Below are positions 8,193-17,896 of a stretch of DNA of 33,884 bases, piece after piece (the stretch's first letter is position 1; each line of letters opens with the position of its first letter). The notes under the pieces were generated by a model. The model made no database searches. It saw nothing but the letters and a program-made list of their open reading frames with translations, and had not been told where the DNA came from. A program made the position numbers and the translations under genes. Origin of the DNA: Acidimicrobiia bacterium (GTDB taxonomy: Bacteria; Actinomycetota; Acidimicrobiia; Spongiisociales; JAHEDJ01); NCBI GenBank assembly GCA_029210695.1, contig JARGFH010000040.1, forward strand, positions 1 through 33,884. Reading direction: 5' to 3'.

Positions 8193-9023
8193 CTAAATCC
8201 AGGCGTCACGCCATTCGACATCACAGGACGCGTCGGTTGTCACGCCGGAACCCTTGAACCGCAGTTCGTTGTTACCGGGTGCCAGAGGGAAAAACTCGGA
8301 ATTGACAAACAGGTTCAAATAGCGGCTGGCCCCCGACGCAAACGCGATCGATCGGATGCGGGGGTGACTGACGATCACCAGTTGTTGACCTACCCCAATC
8401 TGGGCTCCACCTTCAGCCGACAAAGCGATTGTCTTGCCGGTGGTGACATTCTCGATTATCGGGTCGGTCAGCACACCTGAAGTAGGGCCGTTGATGGTCA
8501 GGGTCGGCCATGTTTCCCACGTGCCGTTATTCGACACGACAGTTCCGGCACCGGAACCGGCCGCCCCATACGTTTTCGGGTAGGTGACCGGATAGGACAG
8601 CCCGGCGGACGTGGCGAACACTGCCAAACTGTCCGACGACAGGACAGCTGCGTAGATGGCCGGGTCGGAACCGGACAGCAACACGTTGACAACAGTGGAC
8701 CCGGCTTTGCGGGTCACTTTGCGTGATTTGACCCGGCAGTAGCGGAGTCGGTCATCCCAAACGAACGGGTCTTCTGTTGACACTGACGGGGCAAACGCGG
8801 CCAACACTTGGTCGGTGAGTGTAGTTAAAGCCGTGCCGACTACCACAATCTTCAGTGGGTTGGATGAGCCGACCGCGTAGGAGTCGCCGGGGATGGCCCC
8901 ATGGTAGGCGGGCAGGTTGTCGTTTTGGATGTCAACGTCGAGACTTTCAACGGTGAGGGGCCCATCGATGAGAACGTCGGTGCCGTCACCCATCGTCAAA
9001 CCGCGAAACGTGTAGACGCTCAT
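8193..9023 (-). CDS. Distal tail protein (Dit)
   Basis: Immediately after the tape measure gene; N.G...TWP...I.GP and FFPLAPGNNELRF...WRDAW motifs. Confidence 0.85.
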   Translation of the reverse strand: MSVYTFRGLTMGDGTDVLIDGPLTVESLDVDIQNDNLPAYHGAIPGDSYAVGSSNPLKIVVVGTALTTLTDQVLAAFAPSVSTEDPFVWDDRLRYCRVKSRKVTRKAGSTVVNVLLSGSDPAIYAAVLSSDSLAVFATSAGLSYPVTYPKTYGAAGSGAGTVVSNNGTWETWPTLTINGPTSGVLTDPIIENVTTGKTIALSAEGGAQIGVGQQLVIVSHPRIRSIAFASGASRYLNLFVNSEFFPLAPGNNELRFKGSGVTTDASCDVEWRDAWI

Positions 9024-11029
9024 ATGCCTGACGTCTTTGTCTGCCAGGCGACTTCCCGACCGATGGCGATCGGGTCGGCTTCGGATCGAATGTAGAACGG
9101 GCCGATCGGACTGGCCCCTTCACTAGCGGACAGGTCACCACCACCGGCGAGGGCCAGGTCGGGAATGTTGAATCGGGTTACCGTGGCGAACGCTTTGCCA
9201 ATGTCGGTGGACGTGCCCAACAGTCCGGTGATGATTCCTTCCCCAAGAGGGGCCCCGATCAGAGCGGCAGTAACCTTGGAGGGGGATCCGATTCCGAAGA
9301 AGGATTTGATCCCGTCGATCGCCCCCCCAATTTTCTGTTTGAGCGAGTCGAGTAGTTTGGTTCCGATGTCTTTGATCCCGTCGAGGATCCCGTCGATCAG
9401 ACCGGCGCCAAGGTCAAGACCGGCCTGCACCAAATCGGCGAGGAAGGCGACAACCCGGCCGGGCAGGTTCTTGAAGAACTGCAACACGTCGTCGATACGG
9501 TCGGAGATGATGGTTGTGAGACTGTCCCACGCTTCCCGAGCGGCGGTTTTGACGTTGGTCCACAGGGTGGACCAGGCCCCGGCGATTTTGCCCCAGAAGC
9601 CGCTGATCCATCCGGAAACCAGGTTGAAGGCGCCACCGATGATGGCGGTGATTCCATCCCAAATACCGGACACGAACTGTTTGATCCCATCCCACATGAG
9701 CTGCCAGTCCCCGGTAAACAGTCCTCGGAAGAAGTCGAAGAGGCCGCTGATAGCGTCAAGCACCCCTTCGATGACACCGCGGATGGTCTCCCACACAACC
9801 TGTACGGTGCCGAGGATGATGTCACCCCACTCCGCCCAGAACGCTTGCAAACCGCCGAGTACAAGTTCGACTACGGTTTGGATGGTGGCCATGGCCGAAC
9901 TGATGGCTTCCCCGATTTTGGGGAATATGTCACCGGTGAGTTTCTGCACTGTGGCAAACGTAGAAGTCAGGCCGTTGCTGCCACTGAACCAGCCGATCAC
10001 CTTGTCGACGATCGGCCCGATGGTGTCCATAGCCCGCCCGATCGCATCGAACACACGGGTGGCGACCGGTTCCAAAGCCACCAGAACCCGGTTCTTCAAC
10101 ATCTGCCACTTGTCAGAGAACGACTGGGTGTCAGCCGCCGCGCCGAGTACCGTTTCGGACCCGCCGGCGATGACCCCGGTAAGCTCACCAAGTTCGAACC
10201 GGCCTTCCCGAATGGCGGCTGCCATGTCCGGACCGGCCCGGGCCCCGAACGTTTCAATTGCCAACTGGTTCGCTTCAGACACTGTGCCGGCGTTTTTGAT
10301 TTCGTCGGTGATCCGGGCTAAAGCGTCGGCCGGTTCTTCCCCTGCCCGGGCCATTTTGGCCAACCCTTGCCGCATACCACCGAGCACCGCTTCAGTGTTC
10401 ACACCTTCCTTTTCGAACTTGCCGAACAGGGCCAACGATTCGTCAAGGCCAAACCCCATTTGGCGGAGTGGTGAACCGAACTGGACGACCAGATCGGACA
10501 GTTTCCCCACCCCGATCCCGGTGCTTTGCGACGCCCGAAACACCTTGTCCAATGTGGCAGCCTGATCACCGGCAGCCACATCCCAATCCCCGAACAGCCG
10601 GGTGGTGGAAGCGATCTGACCGGCCAGGTCACCACCGGTGATACGGGCCAACTCGATTTCGATTTCGGCCAGATCCTGTAACCCTTCCCCGGTTGCGCCG
10701 GTACGAGTGTTCAAATCTGCGATTGCCGTGGCCGCGTCGCCGGCTGAGGTTGGAACCGCTTTGAACACCTCTTTGAAATCGGATTCAAGACCACCCAAGG
10801 CTTCACCGGTTGCACCCGTCCCAACCCGGATCGTGTCGACTGCCTCATCGAACGTTTCACCGATTTTGAAGGCGGCGATACCGGCGCCGATCCCCACCGC
10901 CAGCAGACCGCCGGCAGCCGCACCGACTTTGAGCATGGTCGGTGAAATCATCGAGGTCAGTTGGGATGAGAACTGTGACGTCAGAGACGGTCTGACGTTG
11001 ATGAAAGCGGTACCGGCGGGAAGACCCAT
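9020..11029 (-). CDS. Tape measure protein
   Basis: 669 aa, Ala/Gly-rich helical, Trp-periodic repeats, FFGIGSPSK motif; follows the chaperones. Confidence 0.92.
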   Translation of the reverse strand: MGLPAGTAFINVRPSLTSQFSSQLTSMISPTMLKVGAAAGGLLAVGIGAGIAAFKIGETFDEAVDTIRVGTGATGEALGGLESDFKEVFKAVPTSAGDAATAIADLNTRTGATGEGLQDLAEIEIELARITGGDLAGQIASTTRLFGDWDVAAGDQAATLDKVFRASQSTGIGVGKLSDLVVQFGSPLRQMGFGLDESLALFGKFEKEGVNTEAVLGGMRQGLAKMARAGEEPADALARITDEIKNAGTVSEANQLAIETFGARAGPDMAAAIREGRFELGELTGVIAGGSETVLGAAADTQSFSDKWQMLKNRVLVALEPVATRVFDAIGRAMDTIGPIVDKVIGWFSGSNGLTSTFATVQKLTGDIFPKIGEAISSAMATIQTVVELVLGGLQAFWAEWGDIILGTVQVVWETIRGVIEGVLDAISGLFDFFRGLFTGDWQLMWDGIKQFVSGIWDGITAIIGGAFNLVSGWISGFWGKIAGAWSTLWTNVKTAAREAWDSLTTIISDRIDDVLQFFKNLPGRVVAFLADLVQAGLDLGAGLIDGILDGIKDIGTKLLDSLKQKIGGAIDGIKSFFGIGSPSKVTAALIGAPLGEGIITGLLGTSTDIGKAFATVTRFNIPDLALAGGGDLSASEGASPIGPFYIRSEADPIAIGREVAWQTKTSGI

Positions 11030-11034
11030 TGTGT

Positions 11035-11450
11035 TTACTCTCCTCGAGGTGTGTAGACCACTCGACCGCCGAACAACAGTTTCAGGTCATGGGCAGTAGC
11101 CGGGCGGCGGGGTGGTGTCCACGGTCTGGGCAGCCGCAACGGGTCGGGTAGACGGGTCCCCTTCTTGCTGTTGGCCTTGACCAGAACCCGAATGTTTTCG
11201 TGGACGAGTTCGGCGATCACCGCCAACAGTTCTTCCGTATACCCCCATGGTGGCTGATCGGGAGGGGTTCCGGCCACGTCACGGTAGATGGCCGCACCGG
11301 GCGGCAACCCGAACAGCAGTGAACGTAGGCGACGTAGTTCAACCCCGCCCGGATTCCACAACAGGTGGCGAAGGTCCAGGCGGTAATGGGCTTGGAAGTC
11401 GGCCTCTAACGCTCCGAAGTGCTGTCGGATGAAACGCCAGAGGCTAAGGA
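11035..11450 (-). CDS. Tail assembly chaperone GT, part after the -1 frameshift
   Basis: -1 frame reads ILSLWRFIRQHFGALEADFQAHYRLDLRHLLWNPGG... into ORF 11035..11361; EADF..Y.LDL is typical of actinophage GT proteins. Confidence 0.85.
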
Positions 11451-11735
11451 TTCCCCCGGATCGATGCCGAGCTCCTCCAAATAGCCGGAGACGAGCACTT
11501 CAATGTCCTTGTGGTCACCGCCAGCCTTTTTGAAAGCAGCCCATTGGCTGTCACCCATCACACCGGCCAGGAACCCGGTCAAAGACCCACCCTCGAACGC
11601 TTCCAAGGCTGCAGCCGGGATCGCCCGGGGGAGCACCAGTTCAAGACCGTCGAGAACGACTACCGGACCGTCATCGTCAGTTTCAGCCTGGGCGGCCCGC
11701 ACCGCGCGGGCCTTGTTCAGGTCAATGCGAGACAT
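11406..11735 (-). CDS. Tail assembly chaperone G
   Basis: Between the major tail and tape measure genes; carries the slippery site. Confidence 0.85.
   Translation of the reverse strand: MSRIDLNKARAVRAAQAETDDDGPVVVLDGLELVLPRAIPAAALEAFEGGSLTGFLAGVMGDSQWAAFKKAGGDHKDIEVLVSGYLEELGIDPGESLASGVSSDSTSER
11451..11457 (-). other. Programmed -1 ribosomal frameshift site GGGGGAA
   Basis: CCG GGG GAA near the end of the G chaperone; same slippery sequence as in mycobacteriophage tail chaperones. Confidence 0.85.
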
Positions 11736-12298
11736 CAGGCAAACGCCGGGTCGTCGGTGAGTAGCAGGTATGGGGAAATGCCGGCCGATTCGATGATCTC
11801 AAACCCGATCGGCAACCCCGCTTCGGAACCTTTCACCAGTTCCGTTTCGACGGCTTCAGAGTGGGTGCCCCGGGCGATCAGCAGACGATAGTTTTTGGTG
11901 CCGTCCTGCCATTCGACAATCAGCGACTTTTCCGGGACAACCCCGTCGCGGGTTGGCGTGAACGTGTATTCGCCAACATGACCGACCGGATCGGGTTCGG
12001 TCACCACCCCGTTGAGTGCGAACTCGACGTTGCCTTTGTTCCACTGTTGCATTGTGAACGCCACCGACGCTTCATACCCTTCGATGGTGCGGCGGGTCGG
12101 ATACAGTGACTGCCACGACTTGATCATCGCCTGGGACGGTTCGTCTTTGAACTTGAGACCGTCCTCAGTCAAAAATCCGAGCTCAACAAAGGCGACGTTG
12201 AGTGCGTCGGAAATGTAGGTTGGTAGTGCGGTACCGACCGGGGCAACATAGGCGGCACCGTTGGCACCGATGACGATCTCTGCGTTGGTTTGGGTCAC
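11735..12298 (-). CDS. Major tail (tube) protein
   Basis: YVAPVGT..P...F..LGFLTEDG...IKSWQ motif; AAGGAGG SD. Confidence 0.9.
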   Translation of the reverse strand: MTQTNAEIVIGANGAAYVAPVGTALPTYISDALNVAFVELGFLTEDGLKFKDEPSQAMIKSWQSLYPTRRTIEGYEASVAFTMQQWNKGNVEFALNGVVTEPDPVGHVGEYTFTPTRDGVVPEKSLIVEWQDGTKNYRLLIARGTHSEAVETELVKGSEAGLPIGFEIIESAGISPYLLLTDDPAFA

Positions 12299-12357
12299 AA
12301 CGGACCTCCTTTATTCTGCGACTGGGTGCCCTCGATGGCAGGGTTTTCCGACGGAAA

Positions 12358-12741
12358 CTAGGGGTGGGTGTACACGGCAGCACCGAACATGTAGTGGGGC
12401 CGATCCGTTTCCGGATCCGGCAACCATGACGGTCCGAGTGTTTCTTCAACCTTGGTGACCACCCCCAACACGTGGGAGGTTGACCACATGGACAACACTG
12501 ATTTGCGGGTGACGGCCGTCACATCCCAGGCGGCCGGTTTGTCATCAGCCCACACGTCGATCTGGAGGCTGGCCCGTTCAAGGTGATCACCCACCACATA
12601 AGGTCCGCTGATTCGAAACACCCGGACTTTGGGCCAGGCTTGCCCGGCCGGGATTTCTGTGCCGATTCGGGTACCGGTCAAAGTGGTGACAGTCGAGTCG
12701 GTGAGGAGATGAGCGACGGTGAGGGCCTCAACGTCAACCAT
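12358..12741 (-). CDS. Tail terminator
   Basis: ASLQIDVWA and GPSWLPDP...PHY motifs; position before the major tail gene. Confidence 0.8.
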   Translation of the reverse strand: MVDVEALTVAHLLTDSTVTTLTGTRIGTEIPAGQAWPKVRVFRISGPYVVGDHLERASLQIDVWADDKPAAWDVTAVTRKSVLSMWSTSHVLGVVTKVEETLGPSWLPDPETDRPHYMFGAAVYTHP

Positions 12742-12744
12742 CGG

Positions 12745-12960
12745 CTACTTCTTCGCTGCCGGTTTCTTGGAAGCCGCCTTTACAACAGGCTCCTCGAGGA
12801 CGAGCTCCTCAAGATCGTCGAAAGTGTCCTCCGCGCGACCGGTTGACTGTCGGGCGAGACCCGCCCATCCGAGACGCCGTGCCTCAGACAAAGACACCTC
12901 GGCTGTGTCACCGGGTTCGTGGCCTTGATGGGATTTCAGGTAGGTGATTCCAACGTTCAT
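12745..12960 (-). CDS. Small hypothetical protein (71 aa)
   Basis: MNVGITYLKSHQGHEPGDTAEVSLSEARRL...; AAAGGAG SD and ATGA overlap; Lys/Ala-rich tail. Confidence 0.7.
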   Translation of the reverse strand: MNVGITYLKSHQGHEPGDTAEVSLSEARRLGWAGLARQSTGRAEDTFDDLEELVLEEPVVKAASKKPAAKK

Positions 12961-13280
12961 GAGTCTCCTTTCACAGGGCCAAGCACCGATTCGGCACCAC
13001 GACGCAACGGTGCAAACACCGCCAGATTGGATGGTGGACCGGTACCAGCTTCCACCCAATGCGACGACCAGTGCATGGCGTTCACCCGGCCCAACCATTC
13101 ACCGTTGTCATCACGACCCACCACACTTTCAATCCCGTTGCGATAGTCACCCGACCGGACCGGAGCCAAACCACGGACTGCTTGTTCGACCATCGGTACA
13201 GCCGTTTCGAGAAGTTGTCGGGCTTCGTCAGATTTCAGATAGTCGTCCGCGAAATCCGGATTTGGAACGAACAAAGCCAT
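12957..13280 (-). CDS. HK97 gp10-like neck / tail completion protein
   Basis: APVRSGDYRNGI and WVEAGT motifs. Confidence 0.8.
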   Translation of the reverse strand: MALFVPNPDFADDYLKSDEARQLLETAVPMVEQAVRGLAPVRSGDYRNGIESVVGRDDNGEWLGRVNAMHWSSHWVEAGTGPPSNLAVFAPLRRGAESVLGPVKGDS

Positions 13281-13640
13281 TTACTCGTCCAACTGTCGAA
13301 GGTGAAGTTCGATGTGATGTTGTCCACGTGGACTGCGTGCCACCGCTGGTGGGCCGATGATCTGAAAGGTCAGGTTGCGGGCTTCGACCCGGTCGCGGCC
13401 GGTCATCGCAACGTCCATGTCGAAGGTTGCACCGTCAACCCGCCGGTGCAACACACACAACCAGTCACCAACCTGCAAATCCCGGTTTTCAACGGTCTCT
13501 TGCCCGGATTGTTGTTCCAACCATCCGTAGTAGTCGACCCGTCCGGTTTCGCCGATGGTCGGATTGTTGTAACGGTCGGTGCCTATCTGACCAACCGTCA
13601 CCACTGTGACCGTTTCGGTGGCCAGAAAGGTGAGACTCAT
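13281..13640 (-). CDS. Head-tail stopper / head closure protein
   Basis: DRYNNP, DRVE...FQIIGPP...HHIELHL motifs; synteny. Confidence 0.8.
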   Translation of the reverse strand: MSLTFLATETVTVVTVGQIGTDRYNNPTIGETGRVDYYGWLEQQSGQETVENRDLQVGDWLCVLHRRVDGATFDMDVAMTGRDRVEARNLTFQIIGPPAVARSPRGQHHIELHLRQLDE

Positions 13641-13978
13641 GTCAGTTGGAGGACCGCCACCGACAGGCCGGTCACTTCAGAAAGGGTGAATCGGGCGTCG
13701 TTGGAACCGTCAGCGAACAAATGGGGGGGAAGTTCAACGAACAGGTCACCGGTGGTGGCCGGTACCGACACGGTTGGGTCTTCAACCGCCAACCCTCCCA
13801 CCTGGCCGGGGGTTTCCAACGTGACAACACAGGCACCGGCACCCGACTTTTTGAAATGAAGCATCGTTTTGCCGGCCAGCCGTACCAGATATGTGTTCGC
13901 AATGGACAGACCGGTCGTGTAAGCAGCGGCCAGACCGGTGCGGGTTACGGGTTCGGCGGTGAGTCGGACATCAGCCAT
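13637..13978 (-). CDS. Small beta-rich virion protein (decoration-like)
   Basis: GAGGAG SD; beta-strand-rich 113 aa inserted between adaptor and stopper. Confidence 0.65.
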   Translation of the reverse strand: MADVRLTAEPVTRTGLAAAYTTGLSIANTYLVRLAGKTMLHFKKSGAGACVVTLETPGQVGGLAVEDPTVSVPATTGDLFVELPPHLFADGSNDARFTLSEVTGLSVAVLQLT

Positions 13979-13996
13979 GAGAAGGCTCCTCTCGGA

Positions 13997-14620
13997 TTAT
14001 TGGATGGGGACGGTGGAACGGTGGCGGCCGTACCGGCGGGCAACGGTAAGGTCGTGGTCGATGAGCCGACCGGCCGCGGCGACGTCTTTCGTCACGTCGG
14101 TGTAGGTCACCGAATATGAACCGATCGACTCCTGTCGGACACCCAGATTGTCGTTGGCAGCGAAAGCGGCAGCAGCCAGGAACATGCGGGACACGACCAC
14201 AGCACACAGCCCACGCAACCCGTCAGGAACGTCAGCCACAGTCGTGAACCCGGCTGTGTAGGTGACTACGATCGACTGTGGTTTGACCGTCCAGAACGTG
14301 TGGTAGCCGCCAGACAGGCGAACTACTTCACCTTTCTTACCGCCGTGCTTCAACACAAAGTCAGTGTTCTCGACCAGTGCGATACCGTCCTCGACCAATG
14401 ATGTGACCGCGGTGACCGGCCAGTGTGGAAGCCACAACGACGACCGAAAGTCGGGTCCGTCCAACGTGTCCACATAGTTGGCTTCATCAAGTGGAGTACC
14501 GACCGCAGCCTCGATACCACCCTGAGCCAGTTGGATCAGCTTGGCCACCCAATTATTAGGATCGGAGACAATGGACGACTGGAGTAGGGCTTCAATGTCC
14601 GACTGGTCACAGAGCGCCAT
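13997..14620 (-). CDS. Head-tail adaptor (connector)
   Basis: PVTAVTSL, VVTYTAGF...VPDGL, QESIGSYSVTY motifs. Confidence 0.85.
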   Translation of the reverse strand: MALCDQSDIEALLQSSIVSDPNNWVAKLIQLAQGGIEAAVGTPLDEANYVDTLDGPDFRSSLWLPHWPVTAVTSLVEDGIALVENTDFVLKHGGKKGEVVRLSGGYHTFWTVKPQSIVVTYTAGFTTVADVPDGLRGLCAVVVSRMFLAAAAFAANDNLGVRQESIGSYSVTYTDVTKDVAAAGRLIDHDLTVARRYGRHRSTVPIQ

Positions 14621-17258
14621 GTGTCAACCTCCCGCGCATTCGAACGATCTCAACAGGCTGACGGATGAACCCGACGGGTTGACGGATGAACCCGACGGGT
14701 TGACGGATGAACCCGACGGGTTGACGGATGAACCCGAAAGGTTGGGTCCCGTAGGCGGTGCCAACCCAGGAGATATTCCCGGTAGCGGACCCTTCGGGAA
14801 TACCTGAGGCGGCTACCCCGTCTGCGGAACCCACCCAGGACATCGATCCTGCAACAGCGCCTTCGTGGACGGCAACCCCATCTGCCGAGCCCACCCAGGA
14901 CATCGATCCTGCAACAGCGCCTTCGTGGACGGTTACACCGTCTGCGGAGCCCACCCAACCGACGGCTCCTGTTGAAGAACCTTCGTGGGTGACGGCACCG
15001 TCTGCACTCCCCACCCAGACAATCGACCCAGTCGAATCTCCTTCATGAACAACAGCGCCGTCCGCGGTGCCGGACCATGCAACCGACCCAGTGGCAGAAC
15101 CTTGATGAGTGGTGGCACCATCTGCCGAGCCAACCCACGACACAGACCCGGCACTTGACCCTTCGTGGACGGCAACCCCATCTGCCGAGCCCACCCAGGA
15201 GATGCTGCCTGTCGCGGTGCCTTCGGGGACACCCGTCGGAGCCACCCCGGTAGCCGACCCAACCCATCCGACTGCACCTGCGGCAGATCCTTCGTGGACG
15301 GTCGCGCCATCGGCAGCACCCACCCAACTTATGGCACCAGCCGCAGACCCTTGATGGGTGGTCGCGCCGTCCGCGGACCCAACCCAGGAAACGGCTCCCG
15401 ACGACGACCCTTCATAGGTTGCAACGCCATCGGCAGTACCAACCCAACTTATGGCACCAGCCGCAGACCCTTGATGGGTGGTCGCGCCGTCCGCGGACCC
15501 AACCCAGGAAACGGCTCCCGACGACGACCCTTCATAGGTTGCAACGCCATCGGCAGTACCAACCCAACTTATGGCACCAGCCGCGGACCCGGTTGGCGTA
15601 GATGCCAGCGGCCCAATCCAATCAGTGTTGCCCAATTCGATGGCATCCACATACCAGTGCTGTGTGACATCAGAGAAAACTCCGAGGTCAAGGTCCTCCC
15701 ATTCGGTGCCGGTGACCGCCGTTCCGGTCAGGCCGATCTCCTGAATGAGAGTGACCGAATCGCCTTCGTAGTAGCGGACCAGCAAGGTTCCGTCACCGAC
15801 ACCTGTCGCCGTCTCCGACGCGTAGTTGAGCTCGATTCGATACCATGTCGCCACCGACAGGGCGGTTGTGGCTGTGGCAATGACCCCACTGTTATCTCGC
15901 AATTGAATCTTGTTAGTCGCGTCGATATGGATGGCGAACGGGGTTATGAGGTCAGTATGTTCGGTAGCTTGAGCGATGCGATGATCGGTTGACGGCAAAG
16001 ACGGGTAGTAAAGGTACAGTCGGAGGAAACCGACCTCCGCTTGATTGAGGTCATACCAGCGGAGCTTGTGTGCGGCTGTTCCTCCTGCTGTGTAGTTGAT
16101 CTCGCAAGACACCAGCCCGTCGTGGACAACCGCAGTGTCGTAGGTGATGATTCCGGTGGCAGGTGTGGTGCGCTGAATCCCGTCGATGGTGTCAGTGTCG
16201 GCAATAGTCGTGTTGACTTCCGCACCGTCGACACCACCTTCGAATCCGTGCGTCCAGACCAAGGTTGGGTTGATGTGTGGTTCTACGTTGTAGGCATCGA
16301 AGAGGGAGCCGTCACCTTCGACTACTCGAAATCGGAACTCTTCCTGGTCGGACACAATGTCGGCTGAGTCGAGTTCGAGAACCCACAACCATTCGACTGT
16401 CACCCCTGCCGCAATGGTGCGCCCGGTAGTGAACGTGCCGTCCGCCTCGTCGGCGCGACCCCCTGCAAAACTGCCCGTCGACACTCGTTGAGTCAACAAC
16501 GATTCGTTATCGACGATGTCTGCCGACGCGATTGAGTTGACTCTGGCTGAAGCCCCGTTCACGTCTGTCCAGGCAGTCCAGTTGACTGCACCACCAGTAC
16601 CTTCAGCCATGTAGCTGTACTGCAACTTGGGGTTGATGGTTGCTGATTCGGCGGTGCCGGTGTTTTTGACACCCACCCGCAGATGGAAGATTGTGTCCTT
16701 GTCGGTGACCGCATCACGATCAGTCGAGTTCAAAGCAGCCGAACCTGCTGCCGTCCCATCAGCGAAGAACCCGAAATGGTCTTGCTCGAGGACAGCGACA
16801 GCAGCAGCAGGCGTGTAGGTGATCGTGACCGTGAGCGCCGACGCCGCCAAGGTGGAACCGTCCGCCCCCTTGACCTTGTTCCACAAACACCACGCATCCG
16901 ACACTCCATCACCACGAACCACCGCAGCTTCCCAGTCGGCAACTGACAGGCCGGTGGGGATGCCTGTTGAATCAGTGTGGTCGCTGGAGCGGGCAATGTT
17001 CTGGTTGCCGGTCGATCCTTCGCCAGGGTGCTGGGAGATCTCGGTTGCGCCGGTGACAACAGCCACCCCGGCAACGTTGTCCCATGAGTCGTCGACGAAG
17101 CCGGACCCGGTGACCGTCCACTGTGTTCGGATTGAGGTGACTGCGGCCGGGTCGAGGTCGGGTGGGGCGGTGGAGTTGTCGAGGGCATAGTTCCCGACCA
17201 GAGCGGCGTCAGTCGTGGACGGTGCAGTACCGGTGCCCAGGCGGATCCAGGTGGCCAC
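14607..17258 (-). CDS. Large virion fiber/adhesin-like protein (883 aa) with 20-aa repeat stalk
   Basis: Acidic beta-rich N-terminal domains (one lectin/LamG-like: WYRIEL...WYVDAI); roughly 14 copies of xEGSAAGxISWVGxADGxxx; 4x GFIRQPV at the C-terminus. Confidence 0.75.
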   Translation of the reverse strand: MATWIRLGTGTAPSTTDAALVGNYALDNSTAPPDLDPAAVTSIRTQWTVTGSGFVDDSWDNVAGVAVVTGATEISQHPGEGSTGNQNIARSSDHTDSTGIPTGLSVADWEAAVVRGDGVSDAWCLWNKVKGADGSTLAASALTVTITYTPAAAVAVLEQDHFGFFADGTAAGSAALNSTDRDAVTDKDTIFHLRVGVKNTGTAESATINPKLQYSYMAEGTGGAVNWTAWTDVNGASARVNSIASADIVDNESLLTQRVSTGSFAGGRADEADGTFTTGRTIAAGVTVEWLWVLELDSADIVSDQEEFRFRVVEGDGSLFDAYNVEPHINPTLVWTHGFEGGVDGAEVNTTIADTDTIDGIQRTTPATGIITYDTAVVHDGLVSCEINYTAGGTAAHKLRWYDLNQAEVGFLRLYLYYPSLPSTDHRIAQATEHTDLITPFAIHIDATNKIQLRDNSGVIATATTALSVATWYRIELNYASETATGVGDGTLLVRYYEGDSVTLIQEIGLTGTAVTGTEWEDLDLGVFSDVTQHWYVDAIELGNTDWIGPLASTPTGSAAGAISWVGTADGVATYEGSSSGAVSWVGSADGATTHQGSAAGAISWVGTADGVATYEGSSSGAVSWVGSADGATTHQGSAAGAISWVGAADGATVHEGSAAGAVGWVGSATGVAPTGVPEGTATGSISWVGSADGVAVHEGSSAGSVSWVGSADGATTHQGSATGSVAWSGTADGAVVHEGDSTGSIVWVGSADGAVTHEGSSTGAVGWVGSADGVTVHEGAVAGSMSWVGSADGVAVHEGAVAGSMSWVGSADGVAASGIPEGSATGNISWVGTAYGTQPFGFIRQPVGFIRQPVGFIRQPVGFIRQPVEIVRMRGRLTHGAL
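14659..14742. repeat. 21-bp tandem repeat x4 (TGACGGATGAACCCGACGGGT)
   Basis: Three exact copies and one with 2 mismatches; encodes GFIRQPV on the minus strand. Confidence 0.95.
14750..15590. repeat. 60-bp coding repeat array including an exact 120-bp-period duplication
   Basis: Line-to-line periodicity of 60 nt; 15361-15465 is identical to 15481-15585. Confidence 0.9.
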
Positions 17259-17536
17259 TATCGGTTACCCCTTCCCCAGCAGCAGGCGTAGAAAGGCCCG
17301 GCAGTGGGTTCGGCGGCCATCACTTCGGGAATGTTCTGAGGCCAATCAGAACAGTCAAACCCCGGGTAACGTTGCGCGAACCATTGACCTACCGGAGCGT
17401 CACGCCAACGGGTGTCCCAGTTCCCCCACACCGAGCAGCGGGGGATCGGGCCGTCGGTGTCGAGGAACTGGCAGACTTTGCCGTCAATGAAACAGCAGTG
17501 GCCGCCGCGGTCACCCCGGCCGTCACACACCAGCAT
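17258..17536 (-). CDS. Small Cys/Trp-rich protein
   Basis: 92 aa with 8 Cys (C..HCC..C..C..C..CC); stop overlaps the start of the large fiber gene. Confidence 0.65.
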   Translation of the reverse strand: MLVCDGRGDRGGHCCFIDGKVCQFLDTDGPIPRCSVWGNWDTRWRDAPVGQWFAQRYPGFDCSDWPQNIPEVMAAEPTAGPFYACCWGRGNR

Positions 17537-17548
17537 GATTGGTGCCCC

Positions 17549-17896
17549 CTATGTGGCTGTTCCTGGAATGCTGATTCCGGTGACGGTGTACTCCCCAGCC
17601 GCGTTGAAAGCCTGGTCGCCGGTCGTTGGCAGCCACCCATAGAACGTGCCTACGGTGAGCGCCGACCAGAACCCGACATGGGTGGCAGGACCGCTCGCCG
17701 CGCCCCCGGTGAACGGCAGGTCAACCAAAGCGATCATGTCACCGTTCGCAGCCGCCTCCCATGTGATCGGTTGGCGGGCCGAGGTCGCTTCGTTGCTTCC
17801 GGCCGCGTCGGGTATCGCAGTGTGGATTTGCAGGTGCGTTGCCGCCCCCTGCATGGCGGCAGCACCGATGTTGAGCAGGGCATCATTGAGTGGCAT
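17549..17896 (-). CDS. Small virion fiber/collar-associated structural protein
   Basis: LQIHTA.P...GSNE...ARQPITW...THVGFWSA.T.GTF.G motif, common before large fiber genes in head-neck modules. Confidence 0.75.
   Translation of the reverse strand: MPLNDALLNIGAAAMQGAATHLQIHTAIPDAAGSNEATSARQPITWEAAANGDMIALVDLPFTGGAASGPATHVGFWSALTVGTFYGWLPTTGDQAFNAAGEYTVTGISIPGTAT

Noticed and set aside
9165..10565. Long plus-strand ORFs opposite structural genes (also 7031..7606, 13059..13859, 17162..18229, 26600..27412)
   Set aside because: Antisense shadows of GC-rich coding sequence; no motifs or translation signals.
14659..15590. CRISPR-like array
   Set aside because: Repeats are in-frame coding tandem units (21 and 60 bp) without unique spacers.
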